Positions 37,876-51,354 of a DNA stretch of 64,000 nucleotides are shown one piece after another. The stretch comes from Octopus vulgaris (Eukaryota): positions 53,878,001-53,942,000 of the forward strand of contig OX597830.1 in NCBI GenBank assembly GCA_951406725.2, given 5' to 3'. The notes under the pieces are model-generated. The model saw nothing but the letters and a program-made list of their open reading frames with translations. It had not been told where the DNA came from and did no database searches. A program made the position numbers and the translations under genes. The first letter of the stretch is position 1. Each line of letters starts with the position of its first letter.

Positions 37876-38155
37876 AAACAATTGCAGCGTGGAAGGTGTT
37901 TCTAAGCCATTTAAGAAACACACAAAAACCGTTAGATTCACTTCCACATTTAAATTTAATTTGTCAAAATATTTTCGTTGCTTTGAGATTACAACCTGTT
38001 CACTGATGCAGCACGGAATTTTGTCAGTGAACAGGTTGCGGTCTCAAAGCAACGAAAATATTTTGGACAAATTAAATTTAAATGTTGAAGTGAATCTAAC
38101 AGTTTTGTGTGTTTCTTAAATGGCTTACAAACACCTTTCCACGCTGCAATTGTTT
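37876..38155. repeat. 280-bp palindrome (~131-bp arms, 17-nt spacer) carrying two G3:C8 hammerhead-like folds
   Basis: Arms 37876-38006 and 38024-38155 are near-perfect reverse complements; single-arm copy at ~16880-17016. Confidence 0.9.
38017..38073 (+). ncRNA. Minimal hammerhead-like fold with G3:C8 core
   Basis: aattttgtca-GTGAACA-G-GTTGC ggtctcaaa GCAAC-GAAA-ATATTT-tg(g)acaaatt. Confidence 0.6.
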
Positions 38156-38184
38156 AATGTTCTATCATTCTTCTTTCAGTTATC

Positions 38185-38325
38185 TATTTCTTTACTATCC
38201 ACAAGGGGCTAAACACAGAGGGGACAAACAAGGACAGACAAACGGATTAAGTCGATTACATCGACCCCAGTGTGTAACTGGTACTTATTTAATCGACCCC
38301 GAAAGGATGAAAGGCAAAGTTGGCC
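38185..38325 (-). mobile_element. SINE family B (tail type 2), 5'-truncated
   Basis: Reverse complement of the 3' part of the 24137-24394 copy. Confidence 0.85.
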
Positions 38326-38489
38326 TTGGATTCTTCTTTCAGTTATCATCAGGGTTTAAACTAGAGTAGCGTGTATTTGATGTTGAAACATTTATCAAGA
38401 ATAGTGAATCTGGGAAGGTTTTGCCACCAGATGTGTCTGTATATATGTATATATATATGTCTTTATATATGTGTGTGTGTCTATATATA

Positions 38490-38832
38490 TGTATATAGTG
38501 TCAGATCATTGAGCATGGGTTTGTCTCTGCTATTGCCTCATAGTTCAATCCTGAATCTTCCTGCTCCTTTCTGACCTTTCCCACCATCCTTCTGCTGACA
38601 TTGAGGGAGTCTGAAATCTCTTTGTTTATCCTTCTGGCATAGATTCCAAAGAAGACTTCATGCCTCTTCCACAAATTGGTGGGGTTCAAAATTTTCCATA
38701 GTCAATTATTCTGCAAAGAAATGAAGCAAAAATGGTTATTGTCTTTAAGAAGTAAAAGACCAATGAAAGTAAAAAAGAAAGTGCATAAAATTATCAGTTG
38801 AAAATTGCAAATGAATACTTTCCATACCCTGT
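38490..38832 (-). mobile_element. maT-like transposon 5' end (TIR plus HTH N-terminus)
   Basis: ta|cagggtatgg terminus; WKRHEVFFGI...NKEISDSLNVSRRMVGKVRKE...NYEAIA. Confidence 0.6.
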
Positions 38833-38837
38833 ATGTA

Positions 38838-38873
<36 letters not shown>

Positions 38874-39469
38874 TGTATGTATGTATGTATGTATGGATGG
38901 ATGGATGGATGGATGGATGGATGGATGGATGGATGGATGGATCTACAAATACATGCACACTTTCTCATTGGTTTACTAGATCACACGTATGTATATTGTA
39001 TTACATTGATATAGATATCACTGTTCATGAAATAACATATAATTATAGGCTAATTAGTATCATTATCAAATTACAGTTTTGGGGATAATCATTAATGATA
39101 AATTGGTAGGAAAGGAAAATGACAAATGAAACAAGCTTTTACTAAATATGTGCACACACACACACACGCACATGCTTACATATGTGTGTGTGTGTGTATA
39201 TCATCACCACCACCACCACCACCACCACCACCACCACCATCACCATCATCATCATCATCTTGACAGGATCAAATGAGGCCACGGACTGTATCATACTCCA
39301 GTGTCTGTTTTGCTATGGTTTCTATGGTTGGATGCACTTCTTAATACAAACCACTTTACTGTGTATAGTGGGTACATTTCTAGTCAGGTTGACATGCAGC
39401 TTGGAGGAGGATGAAATCTGAGGGTGGTAGAAGGCAGCTTTAGAACATATATATATATATATATATATA

Positions 39470-39675
39470 TAGGGCGTGGTGAATATATTGATGTCTAAAT
39501 TACACAAAATGAAAATAACACTGACATCTTATTTTAACAGATATATTAACCAAAATTACATAAGAATATCTTGAAATACTAAAGAGTAAATTTATTCAAT
39601 AAAATTGCCACTGGCTTCAACCACGCCCTCCAGACGACTTTGGAATCTTCTGCAACTCTTCTGGATGGTCTCTTT
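39470..39675 (-). mobile_element. maT-like transposon 3' end
   Basis: ETIQKSCRRFQSRLEGVVEASGNFIE* followed by a terminus ending ccct.ta. Confidence 0.7.
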
Positions 39676-39699
39676 TATTTGTCTGTCTATGTATATATA

Positions 39700-40085
39700 T
39701 CTTTTATCTTTTTCAGTCATTGGACTTCAACCATGCTGGGACACCACCTAGTTAAGTTTAGCTGAACGAATTGACTCCAGTATCTATTTTTAAACTCTGG
39801 TAATTATGGTGTTGGTCCCTTTTGCTCGTCTGCTATGTTACAGGGATGTAAAGAAACCAACAGCTGTTGCAGAGTGGTGGGGCAGACAAACCCAAACACC
39901 ACATACACACCACATATGCACTCATATATACACACACACACACACATGCATGTATATAAAATGAGCGTCTACACAGCTTCCATTCACCAAATTCACTCAC
40001 AAGGCATTGGTCAGCCCTGGGCTATAGTAAGAGACACTTGCTCAAAGTACACCACATAAACTGGAGCCATATGTCTGCAAAGCAA
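39700..40085 (-). mobile_element. Diverged SINE family A
   Basis: ccatgctgg..caccacc and caaattcactcacaaggcattggtc motifs. Confidence 0.75.
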
Positions 40086-40090
40086 GGTTC

Positions 40091-40129
<39 letters not shown>

Positions 40130-40294
40130 TGTGTATTTGTGTGTTTATATATGTATGAATATATATGCAGCAGCATTGATCACAGAAGATGCCAACCATG
40201 ATATTTAAGGAAATCTAACTTGGCTATCCACACCCGTGTGTATAATTATATTTGTACATGCATGCATACATACATACATACATACATACATACA

Positions 40295-40328
<34 letters not shown>

Positions 40329-40397
40329 CACATATGTGTGTGTGCATATATATATATACATATATATATGTATATACCTACACACACACACATATAT

Positions 40398-40524
<127 letters not shown>

Positions 40525-41145
40525 TAAATATATATCTTTATATATCTTTCTATCCCTTTCTTTGTCTCTCATCTCATATATGTACACAAATGTGCATGAG
40601 TTTATGCACATATGTAAATATGTGTGTGTGTGTGTGTGTCTGTATATTATCGTGTACAATTAGCATTTTGGCATGTAGCCAGTATGTAAATTTATTAAAG
40701 TGCATGTAAATGTGTACGCATAAATATTTAAACGATGTCCTATAAATAAGACATCAGTTAAACATCAGAGGCTGACTAATTTACATATTAACTGAAATGC
40801 CAATAAACCAATAACGAACTATCATTTACAAAGTTGAAGATAATCCATAATTGATTCCACACACACACATACATATTCGGTCTCTGGAGTTTAGCCATGT
40901 TGGGGCAACACTTTGAAGATTTTGGTCAGTCATATCGACCTCTCAGTACAAGCTTTTTTTTTTGCTTTTTTGTTTTTTGGTTTGAAGTCTGGTATATATA
41001 TTTTTAAATTTATCAATCTTTGTTGTTGAGCTGTTTATATTATGGGATATAAAGGTAAACATGGATGCAGACACACAGGTATACATATATGTCCATGAAC
41101 TTATGCACACACACTTAGATGTATGTATAGACATAGCAGTATACT

Positions 41146-41182
<37 letters not shown>

Positions 41183-41246
41183 CCACCATCATCACCCTCC
41201 TCCTCCTCCCCCTCCTTCCCACCCCTCTCCTCCCCTCCACCTATAG

Positions 41247-41968
41247 TAATAGGGTATCAAATCTATCTTCTAAACAAATATTTGATAAAGCAGCCCCCTA
41301 CTATAACAATTCCCTGGCTATCAGTGGTTTCAAAGATAAAATATATTACAACTTTTTAAATAAAAATAGGAATCATAGAAAATAGAGCTAGGAAAATAAT
41401 TTGGTTCACTCCTCCTTTCTCCCTTAATGTTAAGGCTAACGTAGGAAATAAATTCCTGTCAATTTTAGACAAATATTTTCCAATAAATCATAAATACAAG
41501 AAATTGTTAACAGATATTCAATAAAAATATTATACAGTTGCTGCCACTATATTAAGAACATTATAACTTGCAAAAATCACCAAGAGACCACTCACAGTTG
41601 TAACTGTTGTGTCCCTGAAGCTTGCCTACTTTACCAGGAATGTATGATAAACTCTGTCATATATTAGGCTGAAGTTACAGCTACACTGCAAGACAAATCA
41701 ATTGAAAATAAGAATTACATCGGCTTACGTGAGGGAAAACTCAAAAGGGGTTATGCAAACCACCTATCTTCTTTCTGGCACATCAATAAAAGTAATGCAG
41801 CTAATTTGGAAATCCAAGCCATATGTTAATGGATCTAAGAAGTGCAACTTATGCATAACTGAAAGATCATGTATACTTCTTACATTCCACTATTCCAACA
41901 CAATTCCAACACACTCCTTAATTTTCAGCAGATGTAGACACATGAATAGGTTTATTTTATCAAATTAG
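41247..41968 (+). mobile_element. Penelope-like element C-terminal region (RT thumb + GIY-YIG), Naiad/Chlamys-type
   Basis: IFDKAAPYYNNSL..SGF, RKIIWFTPPFSLNVK.NVG.KFL.ILDKYFP, CNC...C.L...C...SVIY.AEV, YIG, KKCNLCITE...CRHMNRFIL*. Confidence 0.85.
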
Positions 41969-42249
41969 AGGGCACTATCTGCTCTGGATTGATTTACTGT
42001 CTTGCAGGCTTAGACATATTTTCTGTTATTTTGTTCTAAGTCAGTTGTATTTAATGATCTTTCTGCAATCGGGGTAGCTGAGGATTGTAATTCATGATGT
42101 CTTGATTTTTATAAGTTATAATGTTCTTCATATTGGGGCATCAGCCATATCATATTTTTATTGAGCTGGATCATAAGCCAAACAAGAAGCTCTCGTGCAT
42201 GCATAAACACTCCTGTCACTCTGCTATGATCTTTAAGAATTTGATAGCT

Positions 42250-42565
42250 AATGTTAGTAATAGGGCATCGAATCACTTCTAAACAAATATTTGATAAGGC
42301 AGCCCCCAACTATAACAATTCCCTAGGTAACAGTGGTTTCAAAGATAAAATATATTACAACTTTTTAAATAGAAGTATGAATCATAAACAATAAGGCAAG
42401 GAAAATAATTTGGTTCACTCCTCCTGTCTCTCTTAATGTTAAGACAGATGTAGGAAGGAAATTCCTGTCACTTTCAGATAAATATTTTCCAATAAATCAT
42501 AAATACAAGAAAATTGTTAATAGATGTTCAATAAACATATCATACAGCTGCTGTCCCAATATTTG
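42250..42565 (+). mobile_element. Second, tandem partial copy of the same Penelope-like segment
   Basis: Direct repeat of ~41247-41550 (cttctaaacaaatatttgataa...aggaaaataatttggttcactcctcc). Confidence 0.85.
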
Positions 42566-42689
42566 AGTACCTCTCATCTTTAGAATGGATGTGGTCAGTG
42601 GTGCTTTTCTTGATCTGAGTGGTTTTGCTTGAATGTTTTGCTGTTAAAAGTGACAAAGTTGGCATGGCCCTTATGAAGGATGTTCCCAA

Positions 42690-43110
42690 GGTATCAATTT
42701 ACAAAATCAATGCAGGCTTGGTCTATGATGTTTAGCTTGTGTGTGAATGATGCAAGGTTGGGGAAAGTCAGAGAGGAATGAAGTTTTATGTTATCTGCAT
42801 AAGAATGGGCATTGTTGGATGGAGTGGCAAGTAAGTTGTTTATGTATATAAAAAGAAGAAAGTAGGGAGAGAGACAAAACCCAACCCCAAGAAACATCAA
42901 AGATGACCGACAACTGGGAAGGAAGAGCTTTGTCAATACATGGTGTGATGGAGTGAGCAGATAGAAATCTACTGAGCCAAGAGATGAAAGATGAGTGAAG
43001 CCCATGGTTGAGAAGTTTCAATAAGAGATTTGCACGCTAGACATGATGAAAGGCTTTCCTGACGTCCAGGGCAACGACCATGTTTTCACCAAGCCTCTCT
43101 AAACAAGAAG
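42690..43110 (-). mobile_element. CR1/L2/Jockey-group LINE RT fragment
   Basis: GENMVVALDVRKAF, LLKL..HG....ISWLSRFLS, LFIYINNL, HSYADNIKL. Confidence 0.75.
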
Positions 43111-43405
43111 CTTATTAGATATATATATATATAATGCAAGACATTACTAAATGTATGGGCTGACCATTGCTAGAAGGTTTTTGAGCATAGGACTGTTCAT
43201 TCGAGGTTGACTTGATGCTAAACAACAACACTGACAACGATGACAGCCATGACAATGACGGCAACAACAACATTAAGCACAATAGTCCTTGTTTCAGAGG
43301 TAATTGGTAGAAAATTGCTATTTTTTAAAATCTTTCATTTCATCTAAATTACTTTCTACTAAATGAGAACCAATATTAATGTTGCCATTTTAATGGTCAA
43401 TTCTC

Positions 43406-43413
43406 CAGAGAGG

Positions 43414-43505
<92 letters not shown>
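43406..43505. repeat. (GA)n microsatellite
   Basis: Direct reading. Confidence 0.95.
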
Positions 43506-43507
<2 letters not shown>

Positions 43508-43600
43508 AACTAATAAGAATTTACTAGACAGTGCTAAATAATATAAGTCAGCAGGCTGTGATGGGAGTTTCAGGTATAAAAAAGTAATTATTTAATGAGA

Positions 43601-43655
<55 letters not shown>

Positions 43656-44524
43656 ATACTTCTTGTTTGTCCTCCTCCTTTTCCTGGGAAGCAAGGAGGG
43701 AATTGAAATACTAATAAGTCAACTATGATAATTACAGATACAAATGATGAAAACAGTAATAACGATATTAACAACGATAATAGCAACAACAACAACAACA
43801 AATCAATGAAGGAATCTCTGTACTGTCATTTGATTTGCAAGAAATAGTAGCCAAATAACTCTCAAATTGCATCTTGCTGTATTAGAAAAGGAGGATGCTT
43901 TAGACAAAAGTAGTCAAATATATATGAAAAATGACATGAAGGTTCCTTGCCCAAGGTTCCACACAGAGGAACTGAACCTGAAACCACACAACTGAGAAGT
44001 AAACATCTTAAACCACACAACCACGTCTGCTCTTTGCATCTTAACTTTAAATCCCCTGTAAGTGATTTGTGAGATAATATTTACTTTTACCTACTTTAGT
44101 TGATGTAAAGTACTTGGAAATGTTTGGTGGTATATCTCCCAAAACTATCTCTTAGGTGTTGGTCATCCATGGCTGGGTGTAAGCCCCAGCATATTGCCAG
44201 TTTATCTATAAGCCAACCTGTCCATACTGGCTAATTGCAGGCTGGGTGGGTAGCTCCAGTGATTATGTTATTAGTTATGTGGGAAAACTTCTTCAAATAG
44301 AGTAGTTTTCTATCCAGGAGAAAATTTGTCTTTCATTCACTTCACCTTCATGTAACCATTCTCCAGCAACAATTTGCAAGTAATGATGGTTTAGGATAAA
44401 TTTTTCATTGAATGATCCTTAAAAGAACCCTCAATCATCAATAATGCCTTGGTAAGCCCCTGGGGTAGTTGGGGAAAATTATCACCACCACTCCAGAGCA
44501 CCTCTAGAAGGTTGCTCAACCTGG

Positions 44525-44830
44525 CAATCATGAGGTAGTGAGTTCGATTCCTAGACCAGGCTGTGTGTTGTGTTCTTGGGCAAGACTCTTTATTTCACAT
44601 TGCTCCAGTTCACTCAGCTGTAGAAATGAGTTGTGATGTCATTGGTGCCACTGCTGTATCAACCTTTGCCTTTCCCTTGGTTAATATTGGTGGCATGGAG
44701 AAGGGAGGCTGGTATGCATGGGTGACTGCTGGTCTTCCACAAACAACCTTGCTTGGACTTGTGCCTTGGAGGGTAACTTTCTTGGTTCAATCCCATGGTT
44801 ATTCATGACCAAAGGGGATCTTCATCCATT
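44525..44830 (+). mobile_element. SINE family D
   Basis: Matches the 17672-18000 copy. Confidence 0.75.
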
Positions 44831-45369
44831 CACAGCTGAAGCTGTAGGAAAATTAGGGGCAGAAAAACAGCGAGTCTTAGAGGTTTGCTTTGAAGATAAC
44901 CATTTGGTAAATGCATTCATAGCATTGTTTTGTAGAGGGAGACACTGTTGGGTTGGCAACAGAAAGAAATGTGCATTGTTAAACCCTGCGATCCATCAGA
45001 TCTATAACTGAAAGGTGTTCTAGTCTTGCTCAGCCCAACTTTTTTATTTTCCAGCCACAATAGTTAGAAAAACTGACTATTGTGTCCTTACTTAAGTTGG
45101 AAGAGTAACATACCAGTACAACCACCATCACGACGCCCCACCCCATAATCATTGCTGCCATCGCTACTACTACCACCAGAGCAACTGCCACCACCACTGC
45201 CGCCGCCGCCGCGACCCCCACCACACACACACGGGAACATGGTCCACTATCCAAAGATGAGCTGGCTTCCAGCTATATTTTAAACTGATTAGATTTACAA
45301 ACCACATGACATGTCTTTATAGGGTTGATTGCTAGAATATTCCATCAGACACTGTCAACACAACAGGCC

Positions 45370-45535
45370 TCATGATGTTGACAATCGTGATGTTGATGAT
45401 GATGATGATGATAATGGTGTTGTAGCTGTTGTTGTTGTTGTTGTTGGTAGTGGTGATGATGATGATAGCTGTAACAATGATCATGATGATGGTGTTGTTG
45501 GTGATGGTAGTGATGATGACAAAGATGACAACGGC

Positions 45536-45566
<31 letters not shown>

Positions 45567-45975
45567 CTGACGATGACAACGATGGCAACAATGATGATAG
45601 TGATGATGACAGTCGTGCTAATGGTGATGGTGGTGATGAGGGCTGAGATGATGATGATCACAACGATGATGGTTGTAGTGGTGGTTATTGTGATGCTGGT
45701 GGCGATGATGGAGGTGACAGTAATAATGACAATGACAATGACGACGACGACGATAATGATGATGATGATGACAATGATGACGATGATGACGATGATGATG
45801 ATGATGATGACGATGATGATGATGACAACGATGATGATGATGATAATGGTGATGATGACAATGATGGCGATGATGATGATGATGATGATGACGATGACGA
45901 CGATAATGATGATGATGATGATAATGGTAATGATGATGATTGTGGTGGGGTGGTGGTGGTAGAAATGGTGATGAT
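45370..45975. repeat. Degenerate GAT/GAC trinucleotide array
   Basis: Direct reading; a similar array lies at 48470-48950. Confidence 0.9.
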
Positions 45976-46277
45976 GTAGAGGAGGAAGCAAAGCACTAGA
46001 GAGAAGAATTGGTGAGGCAAAATGGACAGGCAGAGAGAGGAGATGGTGGGTGGCACACCAGTGTTTCGCTTGTACAGTGGCCAGACAATATCAATGTTGT
46101 TGTTAACAGATGGTGTTGACTTAAAGCAATCAATACTGCGGCTCATTGCTTCTCTCCAATACTGATTACATTGCATGGAATAAAAAAAGCCGATGTATGA
46201 TGATTATCCCTCTCTCTTTCTCTCTCTCTCTCTCTTCTACTTCTCCTTCTCCCAGGTCTCTCATTTCCTGTCCTTCT

Positions 46278-46327
<50 letters not shown>

Positions 46328-46674
46328 CATGGTAACTGGAAAAAAAATATTTCGTAAATGTAATAAGAATAATTCTTCTTGTAAAGCCTAGCAAAGGGCT
46401 CAGTGAATTAGAATAATTCAGATTCACAGAGATGATTAAATAATATAAGTCATTTTTGTTATCATAGTTATTATATTTGTTATTATATTTATTATATTGT
46501 TATTATATATTGTTATTATATATATTATATATATTTTATATATTTTATATATATTATATATATTATATATATTTTATATATATTATATATATTGTTATTA
46601 TATTATTATATTATTATCATATTATATTTATTATATTGTTATTATATTATATTTGTTATTATATTGTATCACAT

Positions 46675-46737
<63 letters not shown>

Positions 46738-46859
46738 TACACACATATATACAAATTGTTTGGGCTAAATTTGACTACTTTTTGTCTCCCTTTTTTAGGG
46801 ATCAGCTTGATGTATTGGTGAACAGTCAATGGTATTGGAGAGCATAAGGATCAAGGTTG

Positions 46860-47770
46860 TAGTTGAGAAATAGTCAGCTGACATGGGAGACAGGAAGCCA
46901 TCTGAATATTGGAAATGTGTTACCTGTATCCCGATGATTCATCCTGACATCATGACTTGTTTAATGCTCTGAAAATTATAAAGGTAAGACATGACATGGA
47001 TAGCTTCAATGGAGTCGACGATGCAGTGGCCAGCAGGAAGGGGCACAGCAGGCATTCTGACTGTGTCTGCAAGCTGGAATTAACCCCCACATCTTTCACA
47101 TGGCCATGGGAAGCTGCTGGAGACTAGTCAAACCCTGACTGGAGAGGGTTCTGCAGCAGGATTTGGTCCCTTGCCATACCCCTGGAAAGAGTCAGAAGTG
47201 GCTGTCAGAGAATTTCTATGACTTCACTAGCCCTAATTTTTGGCCTCTTAATTCTGCCAATTGTAATCTCATGGATTACTATATGTGGGAGGAGGCGCAA
47301 TGGCCCAGTGGTTAGGGCAGCAGACTCGTGGTCGTAGGATCGCGGTTTCGATTCCCAGACCGGGCGTTGTGAGTGTTTATTGAGCGAAAACACCTAAAGC
47401 TCCACGAGGCTCCGGCAGAGATGGTGGTGATCCCTGCTGTACTCTTTCACCACAACTTTCTCTCACTCTTACTTCCTGTTTCTGTTGTACCTGTATTTCA
47501 AAGGGCCGGCCTTGTCACTCTCTGTGTCACGCTGAATATCCCCGAGAACTACGTTAAGGGTACATGTGTCTGTGGAGTGCTCAGCCACTTACACGTTAAT
47601 TTCATGAGCAGGCTGTTCTGTTGATCGAATCAACCGGAACCCTCGTCGTCGTAACTGATGGAGTGCTTCCATTATATGTGGGACATGGTTGAGAAAGACA
47701 TCAACAGCTCTGTTTGCAACACCAAGACTGAGCTGGTGGCCAAGATCAAGGAGTTGTTTGAAGATTGACT
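46860..47770 (+). mobile_element. Decayed DD37D (maT-like) transposon interrupted by SINE C
   Basis: QQDLVPCHT.GKSQKWLSENFYDFTSPNFWPLNSANCNLMDYYMW [SINE] MVEKDIN...ELVAKIKELF; similar to 1-545. Confidence 0.85.
47291..47672 (+). mobile_element. Young SINE family C (tail A) with 11-bp TSD
   Basis: TSD tatatgtggga at 47280-47290 and 47673-47683; intact A and B boxes. Confidence 0.9.
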
Positions 47771-48029
47771 ACTTTGAAGGAACTGTTATACCCCAGCTAC
47801 AATCTAGCCGATGTCTTTTGATTCTTTAAAATACCTTTATTTTTTTAATGAGATACTGTGTTTTCTTTTCTTTTTATGCAAATTGATTTTATGCAAATTG
47901 ATATATATATATATATATAAATCCTTAAAATTGTTTCAACCCGAAGGCTGCGGCAATGCTGGGGCACCACCGTTGAATGAGCTACACTAGTATGTGAAAC
48001 CACCTCTGATACATGGCACTGATACACAG

Positions 48030-48063
<34 letters not shown>

Positions 48064-48146
48064 ATGCGCACGTGCACAACTACTGACACACACTCACATA
48101 CATGCTCACGCACACACATACATACATACACATACACACACACATA

Positions 48147-48207
<61 letters not shown>

Positions 48208-49639
48208 AAAGCGAGAGAGAGAGAGAGAGATACAGATACACAAACATCCAGACACACAAGCACACAAACACAGACATGCACACATATACTAACAGGCACT
48301 GACACTTAAACATATGCATGCACACTCAGAAACACACAAACATAATTCGTGTAAACATACATTTACACACACACACATGTCCTGGTACATCAGGTTTACT
48401 GTTGCTATGGTGATTGTTGTTCTGAATATATGAGAGGATAGGATATGTATCAACAGATGTTAATCAAAGTGATCATGTTGATGATGATGATGATGATGAT
48501 GGTGAGGGTTATAAAGATAATGACAGAGATGATGATCGCAAGGGATTTTAATGCTTATGATGATGATTGCAGTGGTGGCGGTTGTGGTGCTGCTGCTGCT
48601 GATGACAATGGTGAATATGATGATGATGATGATGATGATGAAAACAATAATGATGAGGATGATGATATTGATGGTGATAGGGGTTAGTGTGATGATGACG
48701 ATGATGATTGCTATGTTAGTGATGGTGGTGGTGGTGGTAGAGAAGGCAACAGCATCAGTGACAGTGGTGAGGATAATAGTGATGGTTGGGTTGATGATGA
48801 TGGTGATGATGGTGGTGGTGGTGGTAGTGGTGATGATGATGATGATGATGATGATGACGATGATGATGATGACGACGACGATGATGGTGGTGGTGGTGGC
48901 GATGATGATGGTGGTGGTGGTGGTGGTGATGATGAGCATGATTATGATAACGTCTGAATAAAGTAAGCATCAGACACGAAACAAAAGAAATAAAACCATA
49001 AACAGATAAGCAAATATATAAAAAACCGAAGATCAGTGATGAGATAAAAATGCATTTTCTACATTTTCTGTGGAAGCTGAGGAATTTCATTTCTCTTTGA
49101 TGCTGTTATATTGACGTTTGGCAGAATACGTTGTGAGCAGGGTCAGCAGGGGCGCCAATAGGAGTGAGCGAGTGCTGGGGAAGAAGGATTGAGCTTCAAG
49201 TCATAGGGAAGCTAGGAAGTGAGACAGTTAAGGGTTAGGAGGATTGAGCATAAAAGTATGTTGAAGGAATTCCAAGGGAGTGATAGTTCCTGGGAGGAAC
49301 AGTTGGAAATGTGGAGGGAATATGTGGATGAAATCCTGAGGCGGTAGGACTGGATACCGGTAAATTGCACTGGTTTCAGGAGTGGGGGGATTACCCTGAG
49401 AGTAGGGGGTTTTGCATGTAGGAGTTGCAGAAAGGAAAGGTGGGGATGTCAAAGTTTTGCAAGCAATCTGCATATGTGTGAACTAATGAGGGAGCTTCTA
49501 CATGGTTGCTCCATATGGTAAAAACAGCAGCAAAATCTTCCTCAAATTATAAGCTGCCATCTTCAAAGAAAGAAAGAAAGAAGAAAGAAACATATATTTG
49601 ATAATGTAGTAGATGTAGGTGCACTCTCTTTTGTTACAC

Positions 49640-50030
49640 TCTTTTATTCTTTTATTTGTTTCAGTCATTTGACTGCAGCCATGCTGGAGCACCACCTTTA
49701 GTCGAACAAATTGACTCCACGACTTATTCTTTGTATGCCTAGTATTTATTTTATTGGTCTGTTTTGCTGAACCACTAAGTTACGGGGATGTAAACACACC
49801 AGCATTGGTTGTCAAGTGATGGTGGGGGACAAATACAGACACACACACACACACACGCACGCACACACATACACACACACATAAACACACACACACACAC
49901 ACACACACATATGACAGACTTCTTTCAGTTTCCATCTACCATATCCACTCACAAGGCTTTGGTCGGCCCGAAGCTATAGTAGAAGACTCTTGCCCAAGGT
50001 GACACACAGTGAGACTGAACCTGAAACTAT
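49640..50030 (-). mobile_element. SINE family A
   Basis: Reverse complement match to family A. Confidence 0.9.
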
Positions 50031-50039
50031 GTTGAGGAG

Positions 50040-50740
50040 TACATATTTCACCTGGGAAGGTGTTTGCATTTATGAGCAATCATGGATCATGCTTTCTGGT
50101 GAGAATGTAGTCAACCTGGCTGATGTAGTCACCAGATTTATGACTGGCTGGTTTCCTGAAGTTGGTGTTGCAGATCATTAGGTCATTCACATCACAGAAC
50201 TCCAGCAACCTTGTTCCCTCTTCATTTCAGGAGCCAATTCCATGGCTCCTATGTACCCCATAGAAGACACCTGTGTGCTGCCCAACATGTCTGCTGAAAT
50301 CACCAGCCATGAAGATAAGGTCACAGTAATTCATCTTTGAGGTAGCCTGCAGAAGATTGTCATAAAAGGGGTCCTTTTGTTTATTTAGTAGACCCGGATG
50401 TGGGGCATAGGCAGAAATGATTGTTGCTGTGCAGCTCTGTAAAACTAGCCGAAGCCTGTGTACCCTATCACATACTCCATCTACCTCAGTCACTTTATTG
50501 ACCCATTTCTCAGCTAGAAGTATGCCCACACCTTCTTCCCCCATCACTGTTGCCCTCCCAGAAGAGTTTATACCTATGCCTCTTGCCTGTGAGGAACTTG
50601 GCTGAAGATTCCTGCCACCTTACTTCTTGAAAGCAGCACACGTCAACACGTCTCCATTCAAGCATCTCAACAATCTCGCCAGACCTTCCTTTCAATGTGC
50701 TTACGTTGACAGTGGCAACTCCGAGGGAATGTATGGGGAG
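50040..50740 (-). mobile_element. RTE LINE apurinic-endonuclease domain, decayed
   Basis: VATVNVSTLKGRSGEIVEML..RRVDVCCFQEVRW, GVGILL, IISAYAP, MAGDFSRHVG, NEEG..LLEFC, QVDYIL. Confidence 0.9.
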
Positions 50741-51139
50741 GCAGGAGATAACGTGAGGTGGGGGGACTGCAGCGTTCTGCATTTGAAAAAATGGTTCTAA
50801 AGAATGTTTGCCTATAGACATGCTATAACAGTTGTCTTCACATTTAATCTCCCATCATTCATATTGCACTTGCTGGAACCACTGGGTGTGGTTGCTATAC
50901 AACATTAATACAAGTGATGTTAATATAAATACAATTAATCAAATTAAAAAAGTTAAATAAATAAATAAGAATGGAGTAGTTAATTTGTTATATATAGTTA
51001 GTTGACTAATTAATTAACTAAGCAATAATCTGAGTACTGCATGGTCATGTTTAGTCATATTTTCTTTGGAGCAAAGTAACATATTACAGTATTTGTGTTG
51101 CAGTAGTGTGGGTGACACTACTGGGGGAGTAGGGTAATG

Positions 51140-51303
51140 ATTCAAGATTTTGGCACAAGGTCAGAAATTTTGGGGGCTGGGCTAAGTTGATTACATTAAC
51201 CCCAGTGTTCAACTGGTGCTTATTTTATTGACCCCAAAAGGGATGAAAGGCAATGTCAACCTTGGCAGAATTTGAACTCAGAACATTCTGCCAGCTTGCC
51301 ACC

Positions 51304-51354
<51 letters not shown>

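Noticed and set aside
44531-44546. tgaggtagt, matching the let-7 5' end
   Set aside because: It lies inside a family D SINE head; the rest of let-7 and a hairpin are absent.
45329-45991. Poly-Asp/Met ORFs (also 6370 and 48445) suggesting acidic or Met-rich proteins such as reflectin
   Set aside because: GAT-type repeats with no reflectin motif, signal peptide or supportable splice structure.
47291-47366. tRNA-Arg-like sequence
   Set aside because: It is a SINE head: it continues into a repeated body with a TSD and lacks a proper acceptor stem and terminator.
49100-49480. Possible Penelope GIY-YIG 3' end on minus (aaacgtcaata motif)
   Set aside because: Too decayed to assign from motifs.
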